NCBI GenBank assembly: GCA_938074535.1
Contig: CALJER010000046.1
Coordinates: forward strand, 1 to 28,718
Reading direction: 5' to 3'
DNA: 28,718 nt
Origin: an uncultured archaeon
Lineage (GTDB): Archaea; Hadarchaeota; Hadarchaeia; Hadarchaeales; WYZ-LMO6
In this document: positions 26,201-28,718 of the stretch, in pieces
How positions within the stretch are numbered: position 1 is the stretch's first letter
Layout of the letters: every line of letters starts with the position of its first letter
Notes under the pieces: model-generated
Told to the model about the DNA's origin: nothing
The model's database searches: none
The model's input: the letters and a program-made list of their open reading frames with translations, nothing else
Made by a program: the position numbers and the translations under genes

Positions 26201-28718
26201 TGGACGATGCCGACCACTACACGCTGCAGATCGCAAGAGACAACGCCTTCACCGAGAACCTCAGAACCATCAGCAACATAAGGGAGAACTTCTACGAGCC
26301 CGCCGAGCCCCTCGAGGATGGAACCTGGTACTGGCACGTCTGCGCTGGAGACAATGCAGGAAACCTCAGCGAATGGTCTTCGACCTGGAAGCTCACCATC
26401 GACACGATGGTTTTAGCACCGGTGCTGTTCTCGCCGCCGCACGGCGCATACGACAACGACAACACGCCCACGTTCGTCTGGTCCGCGGTTCAGGATCCCT
26501 CGGGCGTCGCCTACCGCCTGCAAATAGCCCGCGACAACACTTTTGAGAACCTCGTCTATGATGGAAGTCCTCAGGTAGCCGGATATGCCGAAAATGCGGG
26601 AGGTGTGAACTTCGCAAGCCCTGAAAACGTGAGGGGCGCTCCAGACGACAACTGCGCCGTGGCTATTCTCGACAACGAAAACCTCACCTACCTGGTGTAC
26701 GGCGGGGATTACCCCACCGGCCAGGGAGAGATAACCTCACTCGTGATCAAGGCGGAGTACCGCGTTGTTGGGGAACCCGCAACCGATGACAGGCTGGTGC
26801 TGACCTACTCGCTTGACAACGGATCCACCTTTGGTTCCAAGCTCGAGTGGATCCCGACCGACAACGCGGCAAAGGTGGTGAAAGAGCTGGACGTGACCAA
26901 GGACAGGTCGTGGAGCTGGAACGACGTGAAGCGCCTGAGGGTCTACATGCTGTATGAGAACGTCGGACCCGCGGACGGAACGAAGGTCTGCGTCGATGCC
27001 CTCTACATAACCTACATCTCCACCTCCTTCACCCTGCCGCCGGAGAACGCCCTTCCGGACGGCGGCTATTACTGGCGCGTGGTAGTGCGGGACAACGCAG
27101 GCAACGAAAACACCTCCCTGGTGAGGTGGTTCCTCATCGACACGGTTGCCCCTCCCAAACCGAAGCTGGAGGCACCGCGGGACTTTGTAAAGGACAACAA
27201 CCTTCCGAAGTTTGAGTGGGTGGGTGTCTCAGACCTGAGCGGGGTGGTCTACGAGATTCAGGTGGACAACGAAAACGGGTTTGGCCCTCCGAGGGTTTAC
27301 GAGGGGGGCGAGCTCATAAGCTCCAGGCTGCAGCTCGCCACACCGCTCCCCGATGGCGTTTACTACTGGAGAGTCCGGGCCAGGGATCGCGCGGGCAACA
27401 CCGGTCCCTGGTCGGACAACCTGAAGTTCATCATCGACACCAAACCCCCCATGCCGGAGAACAACTACTTGAGGTTCACGTGTTTCGAGGAGAATGAAAA
27501 CAGGAGAACCGAGAAGTACGCCACGCCTGCAGAGGTAGCGTACATAAACGACAACACGCCGCGCCTCTGGTTCCTCTTCGAGGACCGCGGGGCAGGCATC
27601 CGCGAGAACTTCGTGCTTTGGCTGGACAACGAGAACACCTTCACCGACCCGTGGGTGCTCACGACGGACAACACCTACCTGGAGAACCGCAACGGGGCAC
27701 GCATCAGGCTCAGGGCGGAGAACCTCATACCGGTCCCACTGCCAGAGAACACCTACTACCTGAAGCTGCAGATCTGGGACGACATCCCCGAGGCCGCCGG
27801 GGGCCCGCACTTCCTAGCGCTCATCTGGTGTTTCGTGGTCGATATCACCCCTCCGAAAGAGGCTCCGAAGTGGACGGGTGGAACGTGGTACAACGACAGC
27901 ACCCCCACGTTCTCCTGGACGGAGATATGGGACAACGAGGAAGAAAACAGAAAGGTCTGGAGATACCAGCTGCAGATAGCTAAAGACAACGACTTCGACA
28001 GGAAGCTCGTCTACGACAACGCCTGGATCTACGACAATGTCGTGTGCGATGGAGAAGTTTCCCACACGATCGAGGATTGGAATGCCCTGCCCGATTACGA
28101 AAACTATTACCGCAGGATCCGCGGCATAGACAACGCGGGCAACGAGGGACCGTGGTCGGAGGTCAGGTGGTTTGGCATCGACACCCGGCCTCCCACTTCT
28201 TCGGTGAACCCCGTGGGTAACAAGACCTCTTCGCCCTTCGAGGTCACTGCAACGGCTTCCGACGCTGGAAGTGGAGTGGCAAGCGTGGAGCTCTTCTACG
28301 ACTGGTCGAGCGACAACAAGACCTGGCAGGGCTGGGTAAGCTTCGGCGTTGACACCTCTCCGCCCTGGTCCTGGTCGTTCAATACCCCCAAGGGCGAAAA
28401 CTACTACAGGTTCTACTCGAAAGCTAGGGACAGGGCCGGGAACGAGGAAGCGTACACTGGTCCGGACGCATACTGCCACTACAGCGCGGCGCCGCCGCCT
28501 ACGCCGGATTTCAGCCTCTCCGTCAGCCCGTCGAGCGGCACGGCGGCACAGGGGAGCTCCACCACCGCTACGGTCACCGTGACCTTCACGGGCGGCTACG
28601 CCCAGACCGTCACCCTGAGCGCCAGCGGGGCGCCCCAGGGGGTCTCGGTGGGCTTCAGCCCCGACAGCGGCTCCTCCTCCTTCGCCTCCACCATGACCAT
28701 AACCGTGGGGGCGGAAGC
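17284..28718 (+). CDS. Giant secreted/cell-surface repeat protein (>3,800 aa, runs off the window): Fn3/Ig-like repeats, inactive caspase-fold domain, inserted beta-sandwich modules
   Basis: Signal-peptide-like start MGRPLSERARAFGSLAVVVSVLASTILPPVGA|TEDNT. The same frame reads open at every point I translated, through ...STMTITVGAE at the window end. Its absence from the ORF track is consistent with no stop inside the window. Confidence 0.93.
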   Translation, partial: MGRPLSERARAFGSLAVVVSVLASTILPPVGATEDNTPPPFASLISPPDNAVLQENRPEFIWTKVEDPSGVTYTLVIDNDPNCETPWLTKPDLTENTYQLADSEALPSGRWYWRVRTKDGAGNEGEWSDIWSFYLDSLPPSASSWKITKIIRGAENLFDFGDGEYTNDNTPFISVILTDDAVGVKENMELLLDGNLVSYTYHPENGQLWHQVPPENSLAEGEHVVELRVWDDFGNHALITRSFRVDRTPPARPPLRSPPDDSSTNDNTPTFGWFEVMDHQVSYTLEIDNEPGFTDPFTKPNLVSCEYTLADEEGLPDGLYYWRVRVRDGAGNENVSEIWRLTIDTVPPSPPIPLSPENGKIIGESTPLFRWSSVQGAVRYRLQIDNDPDFPSPVYDNQDLTENFDNFAEHPENSLADGIWYWRAGSVDEVGNVGWSPGCLFMVDTAPPPEAPIPLTPMNSIITNDSTPTFRWRGVSDPSGVRYQLHYARDNAFSVDLVIVENLQDNTYTPASPLVDGTYYWRVRAVDNFGHPGPISATWNFTVDTHVTAPVLRRPENLSLVINRVPEFDWWDVVDGAGIRFYRLEVDNDPDFGSPEVREELTRSEYVAENLGEGIWYWRVWVKDNTYNENENLAGNENVSETWQFEVIRDEWVNAATLLWPPDGAWLNENRITFDWTDVRDRFEPVKYRFQLLTEQDIVVDSLWSLTVSEYTVPDLLDGTYYWRVWTRDGIGNLNCSEVRSFTIDTRPPSSAAAPYHPPYYYAVIVGISGVSRNLYATGYESNLYTNGERVTGAPDDSYAFVTIDDESENYWICGKGYPTYKGAISSVKIKVEYRVSSPFDDDYLILYHSHGSSSRKWRPEDTSDTTVELDVTGDRLWTWQDIGNLRVYLGYESKGPADNKSVYVDALYIEVTWGVKQYGESDASDFYEVLLDYPNWSAERIVKLVGPDATVQNVTSALRSFATSTTEVDFGDVFLFYFSGGGSPETIELYDGSLSGSELKNHLDNIRCSTKIVIVDADNSGGFISTFSYPYYAIATSARENESAMESAPFQHSVFTHYLMEGLFATYYPHVGPADADNNFRVTVNEAFEYAKNRTVEYTGGQQNPQKGGGKLNSIIAGYFPPKPYEPVGLLNDPTPTFSWTACSDPAGLTYVLEIDNDPDFSSPLFRYENIPNSVVYRYMHWESGYWCFKSSSILYPSYQPRELSIPVIVYTIPDELRADGTYHWRVRAVDLSGTGNEGPWSETESFTLDTVPPGTPTLLLPGNGENLNDNTPTFGWSSVEEAAGYVLEYATDSSFTQNVHTIFTAENSYTPPAGSALADNVWYWRVRARDSAWNWGPWSSTWSFRIDTVIASPSLLLPSNDSIVNTSSPLFKWTSVSDPLGVRYRLQIDNDADFSSPVYDSENLHENQHVPPPLPDDTYYWRVAAIDGAGNVGWSGIWVVTIDTTAPPPPELLEPENDSYTSDNTPRFRWTVPLDPSGVTYEFWLDNDPDCSSPFYAISGLTENALTLPDENSLPDNSYYWRVRARDSWGHVGEWSAAYKFTVDTRPPVEAPLLVSPPSGENTRDGKPTFRWSIVDDAAKYEIWIDNDQDFSSPVIVENTPALSYTPQTPLPDGTYYWRVRPIDAAGNIGTSWSDTWWLRVDSIITAPALRSPAEGACENDNRPTFSWSAVTDPSGPITYRLQISRNPEFTEVVYDNANITDNGIRIENELPENTYYWRVRARDSLGNENWSAGRNLTIDVTPPSSGVTAISPYWRKTVPFTIEAENTPDLSGIESVELWYRYSDDNWSWGPWTLFENPKTEPPWSWEFTAPSGDGFYEFYSIARDRAGNTEPVPGEADSSCGVDTTAPAAPVLVSPEGGSHQTDNTPRFDWQPVPDLSGVTYILWIDNRADFSTRREYAGLLYSEFTIPDGENLPENRYYWRVRAVDQAGNEGEWSETRELVIDVTPPDEPVLRAPENDSPFENLTITFRWDERADEWAPSFERYIIQIAADSGFASIENENTVSDNFYVYTFASENTYYWRVRAFDKAGNASGWSGTFVIRSHVRAPELYLPENGSFVADNRPTFTWYTVIDPSPITYRLQVDNDPDFSSPVYDNSEITENSLMLPAENALYAAGSWYWRVSARDGINPENWSEVRQLTYGSIGKPILRAPENGATLRDNTPEFRWENGVNASKHRILVDNDPDLSSPIDNVLVWSDSWTKDLPGYPEGTYYWSVWAIDDIGTENGAENIWQFTINISFTGGPAPLLAPEYDSCTSDNTPYFSWTTAENEAGPATIRYHLQVDNDPDFSSPIYDNPNISENFDNFDTHPENSLPDGLWYWRVRAEDNYGNAGPWFVSRFTVDTVPPSPVYPQSPVLGGYENDSCPTFRWIGGSDANFLAYRLIVDNDPDFSSPLYDNDNIRTTRHRLPQENCLDAPGIWYWRVSATDRAGNARRSDNWFFIFDNVAPSAPTLLSPENNAFENTGRLIFRWTEPEEFENYKLQIARDNEFASLVLTKANLTDNAYVLAENEALVDGTYYWRVLAYDRAKNASTWSDSFKLTVDTQAPPAPSLLSPENRIYDNNATQTFRWERCEDPAGFENYTIQIARDPGFSEIYHENSSVTENSYTHTFAENGVFYWRVRAKDKARNAGPWSDARWLVVDTAIPGAPRLVAPEDNKHLSTSTPTFDWDPVSDLSGVTYILEIDDDPNFASPLRISGIVASQYTLPADNALIDNTYYWRVQARDKAGNFGEWSEVFKLVIDTVVGKPILLAPENNSLMKENKPYFRWTAVTDEGVTYRLRIDNDPDLLSPVYDNPSLTENFDNFADHPEDALPDGIWYWRVTARDAAGNENSSGIFRFMVDTEVGTPSLYSPDENAFIKDNTPFLDWQRLLDMSDLIYELQVDNDPDFSSPVYSLRGLTLSEHELENELPDGTYYWRVRAIDGAGNEGQWSEKRKFTVDTVEPSAPVLYSPPDGAFENEGTPTFRWYTVDDADHYTLQIARDNAFTENLRTISNIRENFYEPAEPLEDGTWYWHVCAGDNAGNLSEWSSTWKLTIDTMVLAPVLFSPPHGAYDNDNTPTFVWSAVQDPSGVAYRLQIARDNTFENLVYDGSPQVAGYAENAGGVNFASPENVRGAPDDNCAVAILDNENLTYLVYGGDYPTGQGEITSLVIKAEYRVVGEPATDDRLVLTYSLDNGSTFGSKLEWIPTDNAAKVVKELDVTKDRSWSWNDVKRLRVYMLYENVGPADGTKVCVDALYITYISTSFTLPPENALPDGGYYWRVVVRDNAGNENTSLVRWFLIDTVAPPKPKLEAPRDFVKDNNLPKFEWVGVSDLSGVVYEIQVDNENGFGPPRVYEGGELISSRLQLATPLPDGVYYWRVRARDRAGNTGPWSDNLKFIIDTKPPMPENNYLRFTCFEENENRRTEKYATPAEVAYINDNTPRLWFLFEDRGAGIRENFVLWLDNENTFTDPWVLTTDNTYLENRNGARIRLRAENLIPVPLPENTYYLKLQIWDDIPEAAGGPHFLALIWCFVVDITPPKEAPKWTGGTWYNDSTPTFSWTEIWDNEEENRKVWRYQLQIAKDNDFDRKLVYDNAWIYDNVVCDGEVSHTIEDWNALPDYENYYRRIRGIDNAGNEGPWSEVRWFGIDTRPPTSSVNPVGNKTSSPFEVTATASDAGSGVASVELFYDWSSDNKTWQGWVSFGVDTSPPWSWSFNTPKGENYYRFYSKARDRAGNEEAYTGPDAYCHYSAAPPPTPDFSLSVSPSSGTAAQGSSTTATVTVTFTGGYAQTVTLSASGAPQGVSVGFSPDSGSSSFASTMTITVGAE
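17380..28190 (+). repeat. About 27 degenerate ~300-bp (~100-aa) coding repeats
   Basis: Consensus PxLxSPxN...DNTPxFxW..VxDPSGVxYxLQIDNDPDFSSP...LPDGxYYWRVRAxDxAGNxxxWS..WxFxIDT. Counted by (Y/W)YWRV-type motifs, e.g. at 17614, 18241, 18541, 18838, 21544, 21844, 24844, 25141, 25441 and 27361. Confidence 0.9.
19561..20610 (+). other. Caspase/metacaspase (clan CD, C14-like) domain inside the giant protein, catalytic dyad substituted
   Basis: YAVIVGIS...SDA..F...L...AT..NV..AL...DVFLFYFSGGG...IVIVDADNSGGF...IATSARENESA.E...HSVFTHYLMEGL...ADADNNFRVTVNEAFEYA...QQNPQ. Confidence 0.85.

Noticed and set aside
19591-27015. Inserted modules as inteins
   Set aside because: No N-terminal Cys/Ser block, no TxxH, and no C-terminal His-Asn followed by Cys/Ser/Thr.
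17341-28582. Many short track ORFs across the right half as separate genes
   Set aside because: All are off-frame or antisense to the single giant ORF.
17284-28718. AAC-rich repeats as a diversity-generating retroelement target or template
   Set aside because: No reverse transcriptase in the window and no near-identical repeat pair differing only at adenines; the repeats differ at all bases.

Overview
High-GC archaeal window (TATA-box promoters, GGAGG Shine-Dalgarno sites, Aeropyrum-type mevalonate genes; a thermophilic lineage such as Hadarchaeales is my inference only). The left 16.8 kb is densely packed. It holds a partial pheA, a YkgJ-type Cys-cluster protein, a decayed QueG-like 4Fe-4S pseudogene, a nitroreductase and two small genes. 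A four-gene ubiX-ubiD-aconitase X (large and small subunit) operon follows, matching the archaeal modified mevalonate pathway. Next come a tiny charge-segregated protein, an atypical acyl-CoA dehydrogenase, a membrane-anchored glycoside-hydrolase-like protein, a class II aldolase and an ATC-hydrolase/V4R-like protein. The rest of this half is a ~93-bp MITE-like insertion with a 15-16-bp target duplication, a glycyl radical enzyme with a non-canonical GCQH Cys loop plus its activase, a UDG-family protein, and a DtxR-like regulator with a His/Cys-rich membrane protein. The right 11.4 kb is a single ORF missing from the ORF track: 17284 to beyond the window end, more than 3,800 codons with no stop. 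It encodes a giant secreted protein with about 27 Fn3/Ig-like repeats, a caspase-fold domain that has lost both catalytic residues, and a ~145-aa beta-rich module inserted twice inside other domains. All family calls come from reading motifs by eye; no searches were run.
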